From Candidatus Latescibacterota bacterium (GTDB lineage Bacteria; Latescibacterota; UBA2968; UBA8231): DNA of 64,000 nt. The position numbers were made by a program, and so were the translations under genes. The number at the start of each line of letters is the position of its first letter. Within the stretch, counting starts at the first letter, position 1. Positions 18,275-29,972 of this stretch are shown in pieces. The stretch is taken from assembly GCA_965200315.1 (NCBI GenBank), contig OZ241362.1, positions 2,336,001 through 2,400,000 on the forward strand, in the 5' to 3' direction. Under the pieces are notes generated by a model, which was not told where the DNA came from, ran no database searches, and saw only the letters and a list, made by a program, of their open reading frames with translations.

Positions 18275-18631
18275 TCAGATCAGAAAGGAGCAGTAGAGTT
18301 GGAAAAGCGGGGGATGTGGTTGGGGAATGCGGTTGGGCAGCGGTCGCAGCGCAGCCGAACGAGGCGGCAGCGGAGCGGCCGCAACCATGCCGAGCACGGG
18401 CGTTGAGACGGATAGCTGCTCGGCTGGGGGAACAAAAGGAGGAGACGCGCTGTTGGATTTGGTGCGCAGACAGCAACAACCCGCTTGCAGGCCCACGTCG
18501 CCGCAGGCATTGGCGACGTGGCAGGGCATGGGAGCGGCCTCTGCGACAGAAGCACAGAAAACCTGCAAGCCGCTACAGACAAAAGCCAGCAGCAGGACTA
18601 AAGACGCAGTTATGAGTCGAACGTTTTTCAT
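18275..18631 (-). CDS. Small Cys/Pro-rich protein upstream of the cus operon (HYC_CC_PP/DUF2946-like leader)
   Basis: Hydrophobic N-terminus, PCH..C..CCC cluster, Pro-rich C-terminus ending PHPPLFQLYCSFLI. Confidence 0.6.
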   Translation of the reverse strand: MKNVRLITASLVLLLAFVCSGLQVFCASVAEAAPMPCHVANACGDVGLQAGCCCLRTKSNSASPPFVPPAEQLSVSTPVLGMVAAAPLPPRSAALRPLPNRIPQPHPPLFQLYCSFLI

Positions 18632-18698
18632 TCGCAATCAATCGCTCGGCAGCAGGCCAAGTACACAAATAGACTACGGATCGAATAAAGAAAATTCG

Positions 18699-19415
18699 CT
18701 ACTTGGGCACCAGCTTGCGCACGCCGCGCTCGTACACCACCTCGTACTCGCCCTCCGGCACCTTCATATTCCGCACGGCCAATTCGCCCATCGTCACCAG
18801 CGGCTCAGACTTTAAGAGCAGCTCGTCGAACGACTCCTCGGGCGTCTTGCCGGTGGTGTCTAAGACGATGGTGCGGTTCTGGTGGGTAAACAGCGACGCG
18901 GCGATCTCTTCCTCAAAGCGCGCTTTAACCTCGGCAATATGTTCTTGGCGTACGACCGGATATTCGTGCGGGCTGTCCTGCATCCGCCGTGCGATCTCCT
19001 CGTCGGAGGCCGTTACGTGGAAGAGCACCACATCGGGCAGATGGGCCTCGATCACCAGCGATTCGTAGAGCCGCTGGAAGCCGTAGTGGAAGTTCGGGTA
19101 GTAAAAGCTGTCCGGGTCGTCGCCGTAAAAGCGAGTGTACACGGCCTCCTCTAGATGCCAGCCGACGATCAGCGGACAGGCGTACTTTTTGATGATGTCC
19201 ACATGGTAGTGGATCTGCATTCGCTGGGAGCGCTCCTTCATGTCGTTGGGCAAGCCAACCAATATCTGGCGCGACTCCGGGCTGAGCGAAGCGTCGGGGA
19301 GGGTGAAATGATCGTCGCCGTGGATAGGGACTCGGCGGTGCCGGTAGTACCCCCCGAGCATGGTGGCCAGCGTACTTTTCCCTGCGTATTCAATGCCTGC
19401 AAAAATGCTGCGCAT
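18699..19415 (-). CDS. P-loop NMP-kinase-like protein
   Basis: N-terminal FAGIEYAGKST; LFHVTASDEEIARR and LDTTGKTPEE as in thymidylate/NMP kinase folds. Confidence 0.65.
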   Translation of the reverse strand: MRSIFAGIEYAGKSTLATMLGGYYRHRRVPIHGDDHFTLPDASLSPESRQILVGLPNDMKERSQRMQIHYHVDIIKKYACPLIVGWHLEEAVYTRFYGDDPDSFYYPNFHYGFQRLYESLVIEAHLPDVVLFHVTASDEEIARRMQDSPHEYPVVRQEHIAEVKARFEEEIAASLFTHQNRTIVLDTTGKTPEESFDELLLKSEPLVTMGELAVRNMKVPEGEYEVVYERGVRKLVPK

Positions 19416-19504
19416 GTCTGCTCTCCTTAGGGCTTTTCAAGACGGCGTTCTCAGATATATTGTCAAAGGTAAGTCGCTTCACACCCTCCAGCAAACGCCT
19501 GCTT

Positions 19505-20521
19505 ATGCCCGCTAGCTCTGCCAAAATTGGCGTCCTCGTCGCCCAGCTCGGCACGCCGCAAGCACCCACTGCCCGCGCCCTGCGGCCCTATCTGCGCCAA
19601 TTCCTCTCCGACCCGCGCGTCATCGACCTCCACCCGCTCAGGTGGTATCCCATTCTCTATCTTTTGGTCCTCACCCGCCGTCCCGCGCGCTCGGCCGCCC
19701 TGTACGCCAATATCTGGACCGACGAAGGCTCGCCTCTCATGGTCCATTCCCAAGCGCAAACCCGCGGCTTGCAAGAGCGGTTGGGCGCGGCATACCGGGT
19801 CGTGCTCGGCATGCGCTACGGCGAGCCGAGTATCGCACGTGCCGTACAGTCCCTAGAGGGGGAAGGCGTCGAGCGCATTCTCGTCTTTCCCATGTACCCG
19901 CAGTTTTCCTGTGCCACCACCGGCTCGATCTACGACGCGGTCAACCGCGCGGCCTTGGGCCGGCGCTGCCCTTGGTTTTTCGACCGCAAACGCCAGATGC
20001 CGGTGCTGCGCTTTGTCCCGCCCTACGCAGACCACCCCGCGTACATCAATGCACTCAAACAGTCGGTCGCCGAAGCGGTCGCCCACCTCCATTGGACGCC
20101 TGACCGCTACCTCATCACCTTCCACGGCATTCCCCAGCGCTATGTCGATGAAGGCGACCCCTACCGCCGCCAGTGCGAGGAAACCGCACACCAGCTAGCC
20201 ACAGCACTCGGTCTCGCAGATGATGAGTGGGTCAGCGGCTTCCAATCGCGCTTTGGCAAAGAGCCTTGGTTAGAGCCTTATACCGAGGAGGTGCTGGCGC
20301 GTCTCGGGGGACAGGGCGTGCGCCGCTTAGTCGCCATCTGCCCCGGCTTTACCGCCGATTGTCTCGAAACGCTCGACGAGATTGGCCGCGAAGGAGCCGA
20401 GCAATTTGCCCACGGAGGCGGCCAACAGTTCCACTTAGTGCCCTGCCTCAACAACCACCCAGCTTGGCTCGACGCCATGGCCGCTATCGCCCGCCAAGAA
20501 CTAGCCGGTTGGGATGCCTGA
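19505..20521 (+). CDS. hemH: Ferrochelatase
   Basis: LGTP, YLRQFLSDPRVI, GMRYGEP, PMYPQFS, FHGIP, FQSRFG..WLEP, GFTADCLETLDEI. Confidence 0.95.
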   Translation: MPASSAKIGVLVAQLGTPQAPTARALRPYLRQFLSDPRVIDLHPLRWYPILYLLVLTRRPARSAALYANIWTDEGSPLMVHSQAQTRGLQERLGAAYRVVLGMRYGEPSIARAVQSLEGEGVERILVFPMYPQFSCATTGSIYDAVNRAALGRRCPWFFDRKRQMPVLRFVPPYADHPAYINALKQSVAEAVAHLHWTPDRYLITFHGIPQRYVDEGDPYRRQCEETAHQLATALGLADDEWVSGFQSRFGKEPWLEPYTEEVLARLGGQGVRRLVAICPGFTADCLETLDEIGREGAEQFAHGGGQQFHLVPCLNNHPAWLDAMAAIARQELAGWDA

Positions 20522-20539
20522 CGGCAATGCGTCCTTTGC

Positions 20540-20569
20540 TTGACAATTTTATGTCTTTTTTGTCATACT
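20540..20569 (+). promoter_or_regulatory. sigma70-type promoter TTGACA-N18-CATACT with overlapping TGACAA/TTGTCA inverted repeat
   Basis: Directly upstream of the ATG at 20585. Confidence 0.5.
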
Positions 20570-20584
20570 TAGCGCGGCTCTGCC

Positions 20585-21694
20585 ATGGACAAGCTACCCC
20601 TCGCGCTCGAACGCAAACTCATCCGACTCGGCACTCGTCTCATCGACCAAAAGCGCGGCCGACGCCTCGTTGAGCCGACCCAAGACCGCGATGGCTTCTG
20701 GTTTGGCGGCGGCAACTCGGTCCGCGACCCCAGCGATGGCAGCCTCTGGCTCATCGGCCGCTACCGAGACGCCGGCGACAGCCGCACCGGGCTGACCGCC
20801 GGCTCCCGAGGCCGCGCCTTGGCCATTTTTCGCTCAAAGGACAATGGACGGAGCTTTGCCGAGGTTCGCACTTGGAACAAGTCCGACCTCTACTGCGGCT
20901 CGGCCGTGCTCAGCATCGAGGGCAGCACTCTGCGCCTCAACAAGAACCGCGTTCAAGTGCTGGTCTCCACCGAAAAAGTTCGCCTCTACCCACGGCCCGT
21001 CGCTGCTTTTCAGAAGCCGGGCACCGGCGTCTGGAGCATCGACGCCTTCTCTGCTACCTCCATTGACCGGCTCGACCCACAGGCGTCGCTTGCACCGCTG
21101 CTGATGAGCGACGATCCAGCCTATCTGCACCTCAAAGACCCCAACTTCTCGGACCGAAGGGGCCGGCAGCCTCTACTGTTCTATTGCGCTCATCCCTACA
21201 CTTGGTCTGCAAGCACTTCGGGCCACGGAGTACTGGCGGCTCATTCGTGCAAGAGCCACGGCCACGACTTCTTTCCCCGCGGCCCGACTTGGGATGCGGC
21301 GGCCTTGCGCGTCACCTGCCGTCTGTCCGTGCCCAAGGTGGGTGCATTCGCTTGTTTACCTGCGCTCTCGCTCTATTTCTACGACGGGGCCGAGTCTATG
21401 CGTCCGCTCAAAGCGCATGCAAAAGGGGTCGTCCGGCCGCGCGGGTACTCCTGCGAGGAATTGGGAGGCTTGGCGTATGGCTTCGATCGCCAATTTCCGC
21501 GCCTTTACCGCCTCAGCCGTCTCCAGCCGCTCTTCGTCTCTCCAGAAGGCACGGGCTGCTCGCGCTACGTGTCCGTGCTGACAGAAGCGGACGGAGGGCT
21601 TTTCGCCACCTGGCAACGCTCGACCCCTACCCGCTCGCAGCCGCTTTTCGGCCACCGGCTCACGCCAAGGCGGGTTGAGTCCCTGCTATCCTGA
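20585..21694 (+). CDS. Hypothetical beta-propeller (sialidase/glycosidase-like) protein
   Basis: Asp-box RSKDNGRSF, WFGGG, LKDP, YDGAE and SRYV motifs. Confidence 0.6.
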   Translation: MDKLPLALERKLIRLGTRLIDQKRGRRLVEPTQDRDGFWFGGGNSVRDPSDGSLWLIGRYRDAGDSRTGLTAGSRGRALAIFRSKDNGRSFAEVRTWNKSDLYCGSAVLSIEGSTLRLNKNRVQVLVSTEKVRLYPRPVAAFQKPGTGVWSIDAFSATSIDRLDPQASLAPLLMSDDPAYLHLKDPNFSDRRGRQPLLFYCAHPYTWSASTSGHGVLAAHSCKSHGHDFFPRGPTWDAAALRVTCRLSVPKVGAFACLPALSLYFYDGAESMRPLKAHAKGVVRPRGYSCEELGGLAYGFDRQFPRLYRLSRLQPLFVSPEGTGCSRYVSVLTEADGGLFATWQRSTPTRSQPLFGHRLTPRRVESLLS

Positions 21695-21699
21695 AATTC

Positions 21700-22350
21700 T
21701 TAGGGGGCGTCCAGCCGCGCCCGCAGCCAAGAGTCCAAGTCCTCTAAGCACGGCTGGTCAATCGCGTGGGGCATATCGTATTCTTTGTACGACAAGTCCA
21801 ACCCGAGGGGAGTGAGCAGGTCTCTGGAGGCGCGGGCTTGGGCAACGGGGATGACCGGATCAAAGCACCCATGCGACATAAAAATTTTCAGGCCCCGCAC
21901 CGACGCCGTATCTTCCGGCAACATCTCCGGACTGCACAGCCCGCTCAATGCAATGGCCCCGGCAAAATCCCGAGGCCGCTTCAGCGCGGCAGCCAAGGCC
22001 ATGCTCGCTCCTTGGCTGAACCCCGCGATGAAGATGCGATCTGGCCGGTGCGTGCTCCGCAGCGCGTCCACCAAGGCCAAGACCTGCCTCAGCGGTTCGG
22101 CCGCCTCGGCAAAATCAAAGCGCACCCCCTCTGCGCCGATCTCGATATTAAACCATGCAAAGCCGCCAAAATCGAGCGCGTAGGGCGCACGAACACTGAC
22201 GCTAAGGAGCCGCGCATCCAAGTGCGGCACCAAACCGAGTAGATCCTCCTCATTGGCACCATAGCCGTGCAAAAGCAGGAGCAGCGGTGCCCCTTTGAAA
22301 GGCGCGTCGGGCGACTTGTAGGAGACGTGGTAGAGAGATGCTTTAGCCAT
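21700..22350 (-). CDS. Phospholipase/carboxylesterase (alpha/beta hydrolase)
   Basis: LLHGYG, GFSQG nucleophile elbow, HGxxDPVIP, C-terminal His. Confidence 0.9.
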   Translation of the reverse strand: MAKASLYHVSYKSPDAPFKGAPLLLLLHGYGANEEDLLGLVPHLDARLLSVSVRAPYALDFGGFAWFNIEIGAEGVRFDFAEAAEPLRQVLALVDALRSTHRPDRIFIAGFSQGASMALAAALKRPRDFAGAIALSGLCSPEMLPEDTASVRGLKIFMSHGCFDPVIPVAQARASRDLLTPLGLDLSYKEYDMPHAIDQPCLEDLDSWLRARLDAP

Positions 22351-22357
22351 GTCGCCG

Positions 22358-24463
22358 CTACGCTACCAAGACTTTGTACTGCCCGGCCCGCCGCAACACC
22401 ATCACCATCCGCTCCTCTTGGCTGATTAGCTCATGCACGTGGAAATTGGGATGGGCTTTCTCGTTGCGCCACACGGTCTCGCCGTTGATTTCGATTTGGG
22501 GGAAGCGCTTGTCGCGGCGGGGTACGGACAGGTGCGTTTCGCCGTCGTGCGGCACAGCAAGACGCGCGGAAAAGCCGCCGCCATACGCCCCCCAAGCAAC
22601 CTCGACATCGCCGTGTGGCGTGGGCACGACGCCCCCGGCGCGTTCGAGCCCGGACAATTGCGGCCGAATCTCCAAGATTCCCTCGGCTTTAGGAACCACC
22701 CCCAGAACGTGCGCCGCCAGCAAGCTCTCCGGTCCAGGTTGCGTGGCCAACGACCCGGCCTTCTCGCCCCATGTCCGGCCCGGGCTCGCCAGCAAGCGGC
22801 CCCATTTTCCCTGTACGTAAGCCAAGGCCGCCGCGTCCGCACCCGCTCGCCACAGCGCCCCGGCGACAAAAAACGCCTGCCACAAATCGCCTTCTGACTC
22901 CAAGGCATCGGATAGGTGTTGCGCCACGCGCACTTGCTGCCTAGGGTTGGCCAAATCGAAGTAGAGCACCAGAGCATTCGTCCAGCGGCTGCAATCAGCG
23001 GACCCAGCAGCATCGGCAAAAAGCCCTTGCTCTTCGCTCCAAGCGGCTTGCAATTGCTTGCGCGCCCGGTGATGAGTGCGCTCGCATTGGACCGCTTGCT
23101 GGCGGTTCCTCGTGCGCCGACACAAGGCCGCGACCGCAAGCCAAGCCCCGGCCCGCAGAGCAACAGTAGTGGTCGCCTGCGCACCTTCGGCCTCGGCCGT
23201 TTGCAAGCTATTCACTAGCTCCGCTAGCCGCTCGGCAGTCAATCGGTCTCCGCTATAGCGCTGCGCCAGCTCGACGAACAATGCGTGGAAACAGGCTTGT
23301 TCTCCGCCGATCGGTGTCTTGCTGCCAGTCAGTACAGCGCACATCGTATCCACGCGGCCGGTCGCGGACAAATCGTTCATGGCCCAGACGTAGAGCTGGT
23401 CCCAGTTGAGCCGTTCCGTGCCGAGGGAATACACTTCTTGGCGGCTAGCGGCTAAGGTTTGCTCTCCGGTCCGCCACAGCCGCTCCCAATCTTCGCCCAC
23501 GGTTGTAAAGCTCCCGCACGGCTCGACAACTACGCGCCGCTCCACCAGCGCGACACTGTCTATTTCCATGGCTTCTGGGCACGATCCGATCCGCACCACT
23601 AGGTAGCGGCACGTCGCCAATTGCGGCGCTGTCCACTCCTGCAATCCGTCGCGGCACACGTAGCGCAAGCGCGATTCCACTGCGCCGCCCGCCCGCGCAA
23701 AACCTAGGTCAAGCACCGCGCCAGACCGACCTCGCAGCCGCAGATAGGGGAATCCGCAGAGCAACCGCCCGAAGTCCAAAACTAGGTATGCGGCCCGAGC
23801 TTCGTCTGTTGCCTGCACCAAGGAGTGGGTTTTACCGCCTGTCAGCAACGCTTCTCGCCGTACGCATTTGGCGGTCTGCATGGCCTCGGGGGACGCGACC
23901 CATGAGAGCGCACCCCCGCTAGCTACCTCGCCAAAAGCCACCACCTCTCGCGCCCACACCATGCTTTCCACAGCCGGCAACGGCGACCAATCCATTGGCT
24001 CGGCTCCGGCCACCACAGCCGCGTCCCGCCATCCCGCAAACTGCCCTTTGGCCCACTCAGCCGGTGCCAGCACGGCTGCGTAGCTAGCCGGACCCCAAGC
24101 ATCGGCTGGCTGCACCTGCCAAGGCTCACCGGTGTACAGCACCTGCTCGGCCCCATCGCTGCGCTCGATTTTGCCCTCGGCGCGGAACCAGTCTGCTGCG
24201 CCGCAGCCGATGGCAAAGACCAACAGCACGTTTTCGCCCTCCCGCAACGCAGCGTCCAACGCAAACTGCTCCCACACGGGCACTTCAGCCACCGCTGGCC
24301 CCAATCCCCTACCCACTCGCTCTCCATTCAAATACACCTCGTACGGCCCACTCGCAGCACAGCGCAGCAACCCTTTGGCTGCTGCGCTGGTCAGGTGAAA
24401 CTCGAGGCGGATGTACACGGCCAGTGCGGCCGGGTGCCATATAGCTTGCGAGTGCATACTCAA
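22358..24463 (-). CDS. Alpha-L-rhamnosidase (GH78)-like protein
   Basis: YEVYLNGERVG, GENVL, VLDFGR, C-terminal GVVPTPHGDVEVAW as in GH78 domains. Confidence 0.6.
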   Translation of the reverse strand: MSMHSQAIWHPAALAVYIRLEFHLTSAAAKGLLRCAASGPYEVYLNGERVGRGLGPAVAEVPVWEQFALDAALREGENVLLVFAIGCGAADWFRAEGKIERSDGAEQVLYTGEPWQVQPADAWGPASYAAVLAPAEWAKGQFAGWRDAAVVAGAEPMDWSPLPAVESMVWAREVVAFGEVASGGALSWVASPEAMQTAKCVRREALLTGGKTHSLVQATDEARAAYLVLDFGRLLCGFPYLRLRGRSGAVLDLGFARAGGAVESRLRYVCRDGLQEWTAPQLATCRYLVVRIGSCPEAMEIDSVALVERRVVVEPCGSFTTVGEDWERLWRTGEQTLAASRQEVYSLGTERLNWDQLYVWAMNDLSATGRVDTMCAVLTGSKTPIGGEQACFHALFVELAQRYSGDRLTAERLAELVNSLQTAEAEGAQATTTVALRAGAWLAVAALCRRTRNRQQAVQCERTHHRARKQLQAAWSEEQGLFADAAGSADCSRWTNALVLYFDLANPRQQVRVAQHLSDALESEGDLWQAFFVAGALWRAGADAAALAYVQGKWGRLLASPGRTWGEKAGSLATQPGPESLLAAHVLGVVPKAEGILEIRPQLSGLERAGGVVPTPHGDVEVAWGAYGGGFSARLAVPHDGETHLSVPRRDKRFPQIEINGETVWRNEKAHPNFHVHELISQEERMVMVLRRAGQYKVLVA

Positions 24464-25890
24464 TTTGCGGGCATCCGCATCCCTATCAGCCGCGTCCCTC
24501 GTTGACCCAGCACCCGTATCATAAACGCGTCTCCCGGCTCAATTTCCGCCAACGCATCCTCTAAGTCTTCCACCGTTTCCACCTGTTGGCGGTTGACCTC
24601 CTGAGTTTCCATCTGTTTGCGGTTGACCTCCTGAATGAGCAGTCCTCGGTGCAAACCCCGTCGTGCCGCCTCACTACCCCGTTTTACTCGGGCGACCAGA
24701 ACCCCGTTCTCGTCCTCGTATCCTAGACGCTGCGCTAGCTTATCGGTCAGTTCCTGGACCTTCAGGCCCAGCACCCCTTGTTCTGAGTCTGCATCATCGC
24801 GTGAGCGACCAGCGGCCAGCGCTTCCTCAGTCCGCAGCTCTAGCTCGACTTTAATGCGTTTCTCTTTGCCATCCCGCAACACCAGCAACTCGACTTCGGT
24901 CCCCGGTGCCGTGCGTCCAATCCGGTCGCGAAATTCGGTTAAGTTGCGCATGGGTTGGCCATCAATAGCAATTGCTATATCGCCAACCTTGACGCCTGCT
25001 TTGTCTGCTGCTCCTTCCGACACCACTTCAGCGATCACCACGCCATGATTGCGGTCCAGCCCCATAGTCTCAGCCACTAGCGGATCCAAGTTGGCAATAC
25101 TCACGCCGAGTAAGCCGCGCCGCACCTCCCCGTGCTCAACCAACTGCGCGACCACGTCCTTGACCAAGTTGATCGGAATGGCAAAGCCAAGACCTATATT
25201 GCCGCCGTTGCGGCTGACGATGGCCGTGTTGATTCCCACGAGCTCGCCGTGCAGGTTGACCAGCGCCCCGCCACTATTGCCTGGATTGATCGCCGCGTCG
25301 GTCTGGATAAAGGAGCCGTACTCGCCAAAGAAGCGCTTCCGTCCTAGCCCACTGACGATGCCGGTAGAAACCGAATGGGAAAACGTCATAGGGCTTCCTA
25401 TCGCTAGCACCCATTCGCCCTCCCGGATCTGGTCCGAATCACCCAGCACTACCGCCGGCAAATCTTTGGTATCGACCTTAAGCACGGCGATGTCGCTCAG
25501 GGAATCGCGGCCGATGACCTCGGCTTCAAAGAAGCGAGAATCCGTCATCTCGACGCGGATATTGTCGGCGTGGCGAATCACGTGGTTGTTGGTGATAATG
25601 TACTGATCGCCGTTGAAGTTGATGCTTACTCCCGAACCTTGCCCATCGCGTTCGCGTGGCTGGTCAGGTAATTCAAAGGAGTCCCCCCAAGGGATGCCGC
25701 GCAGGGGAGAGCGCCCTTCGACATTGACAGTGCCCTCTGTGGTGATTTTTACGACGCCGGGCTTGACCTGAGCTACGACCTCGGCAAAGCCGTCGCTCAT
25801 CTGACGCAGGAACTGCAAGTTCTCGCTAGCTTGGGCACTGCCAGCCACCGCGAGGCTTAGAATGAACAGGGAAAGGTACAACTTCCGCAT
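24460..25890 (-). CDS. HtrA/DegQ (Do) serine protease with two PDZ domains
   Basis: Signal peptide, TNNHVI, DIAVL, IQTDAAINPGNSGG, PDZ GLLGV. Confidence 0.93.
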   Translation of the reverse strand: MRKLYLSLFILSLAVAGSAQASENLQFLRQMSDGFAEVVAQVKPGVVKITTEGTVNVEGRSPLRGIPWGDSFELPDQPRERDGQGSGVSINFNGDQYIITNNHVIRHADNIRVEMTDSRFFEAEVIGRDSLSDIAVLKVDTKDLPAVVLGDSDQIREGEWVLAIGSPMTFSHSVSTGIVSGLGRKRFFGEYGSFIQTDAAINPGNSGGALVNLHGELVGINTAIVSRNGGNIGLGFAIPINLVKDVVAQLVEHGEVRRGLLGVSIANLDPLVAETMGLDRNHGVVIAEVVSEGAADKAGVKVGDIAIAIDGQPMRNLTEFRDRIGRTAPGTEVELLVLRDGKEKRIKVELELRTEEALAAGRSRDDADSEQGVLGLKVQELTDKLAQRLGYEDENGVLVARVKRGSEAARRGLHRGLLIQEVNRKQMETQEVNRQQVETVEDLEDALAEIEPGDAFMIRVLGQRGTRLIGMRMPAN

Positions 25891-25960
25891 GGTATTTCCT
25901 CTCTGAAAAAGGGTTGAAAATACGGACATTTCTCAATATTCACAAAAAAGACGACAATCG

Positions 25961-28576
<2,616 letters not shown>

Positions 28577-28617
28577 GCCGGCTTCCTCCCAGAGTCGGTT
28601 TTGCCTGTCCGAATGAT

Positions 28618-28633
28618 TGCAAATACCGTACCA
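28618..28633 (-). promoter_or_regulatory. sigma54-type promoter for clpB (TGGTACGGTATTTGCA)
   Basis: GG-N10-GC spacing with TGGYAC-N5-TTGCA, about 40 bp upstream of the clpB ATG. Confidence 0.55.
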
Positions 28634-28715
28634 GTGCCGATGCGTGTCTTTTTGGATGCTGGGTTATTTGAAATAGAGGCCCATATTGGAAAAATTGGCA
28701 CTGGACTGAAAAAAT

Positions 28716-28730
28716 TGGCACTGGAATTGC
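28716..28730 (+). promoter_or_regulatory. Divergent sigma54-type motif TGGCACTGGAATTGC inside a 16-bp direct repeat
   Basis: AAAAATTGGCACTGGA occurs at 28690 and 28710; the second copy completes TGGCAC-N5-TTGC. Confidence 0.45.
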
Positions 28731-29172
28731 CTTTGGGAATGGCAGTCTGTCAGCTATAGGGAAATAGCTCGCATTGACTTTCTTCGCCTAAGATTTATGG
28801 GTAGCTCCTTTCCGTTACGGTAAATAGGCAGACTTCTCCATATCTCTGGGAGAACGTGAACAGGCCCGGCCCCGTTGGGGCCTCCCTGTTCACCTCGATC
28901 TAGAGATGTCTCATGCCTTCTTTTTTTATTTTTTCATAGCTATAAAGTTGAGCATCGTTCTGGCGTGGATGCTCCCTACCTCCCTTGGCAAGGGGATAGA
29001 TAGGCGAGAGACGACATCCGCGCTCGTGGGGAGGTGGGTCGCGGCTTACCTCCCCACACCTTCTTGCCGCTCGAGGGAGAACAAAGATCGACTCAGCGAA
29101 GCGTAAGGGCCTGACTGAGCCGGAACTTGCAGGAAATGCTGAAGGTCTGAAAATAGATGAGTCGGTGACAAT

Positions 29173-29589
29173 TCAATTTTCGTCCAGACCGATAGGCAAA
29201 GATCGAATGCGTATGCGGGCTTCCTCTAATACCACAATACTGCCCTGCAACAGTGCTTCCTCAAAACGGTCCAGATTGCTCAGCAGAAGCCGGAGTTGCT
29301 GTTCCGGCCACCACAATACTGCCCTGCAACAGTGCTTCCTCAAAAGGCGGGTCGTGTTACGCCTGAACAAGATGATAGAAGGTTGAACTGCATGGCGGGT
29401 AGCTAGCAGGGTGCCAAAATCGGTATCCGCCGAGATCACGACCAGACCCTCCCGAGCTGCACGGTCGAAGATGACGACATCGGCAGCGTCTTTTAGGCCC
29501 CAGTCGCGCACGTGCTCAGCCAGATAGCCAGCCTGCCGCAACCCCTCTTCCAGCTTAGGCGATAGGGCATTATCCACCAAAAATTTCAT
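29173..29589 (-). CDS. DUF5615 family PIN-like toxin (with 12-aa internal insertion)
   Basis: [31 protein letters not shown]. Confidence 0.85.
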   Translation of the reverse strand: MKFLVDNALSPKLEEGLRQAGYLAEHVRDWGLKDAADVVIFDRAAREGLVVISADTDFGTLLATRHAVQPSIILFRRNTTRLLRKHCCRAVLWWPEQQLRLLLSNLDRFEEALLQGSIVVLEEARIRIRSLPIGLDEN

Positions 29590-29816
29590 CCCGTGCCGGT
29601 CAAGGGCAACACCTGCTCGCGCACTGCTTCGGCCGCATAGTTCAAGGCTTGGCGAATATCATCCGGTTCGAGGTCGGGATAGGCTTGGAGAATCTCCTGT
29701 TGGCTCATATTCTCGGCGACCATCCCCACGACGGTCGCCACCGGGATACGCAGTCCCCGAATACAGGGGATGCCCCCCATTTGAGCCGGGCTTACTGTGA
29801 TGCGCGTATATCTCAT
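29586..29816 (-). CDS. DUF433 family antitoxin
   Basis: [36 protein letters not shown]; ATGA overlap with the toxin. Confidence 0.9.
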   Translation of the reverse strand: MRYTRITVSPAQMGGIPCIRGLRIPVATVVGMVAENMSQQEILQAYPDLEPDDIRQALNYAAEAVREQVLPLTGTG

Positions 29817-29972
29817 AGTCATAAGGCTCCTAGGCTGATAGATCGCTAGAACTTCCAAGACTACGCCCTAAGCGTCAACATCACCCTCTCGACATCGGCT
29901 TATTGAGGTTCACCAAACTCGATTTATAACGTTCCCGTACTGGCATTGGGGAGCTTAACCACTAACCGCGGT

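Noticed and set aside
28690-28730. CIRCE (HrcA) operator upstream of clpB
   Set aside because: The half-site-like TTGGCACT copies are direct, not inverted with a 9-bp spacer.
29090-29165. Hammerhead ribozyme or TPP riboswitch resemblance (CTGACTGAG...GAAA; CAGGAAATGCTG)
   Set aside because: The core does not fit CUGANGA, the required stems are missing, and TPP P2/P3 elements are absent.
29231-29345. 36-bp repeat with 43-bp spacer as CRISPR
   Set aside because: It lies within a coding gene, and one copy is native toxin coding sequence.
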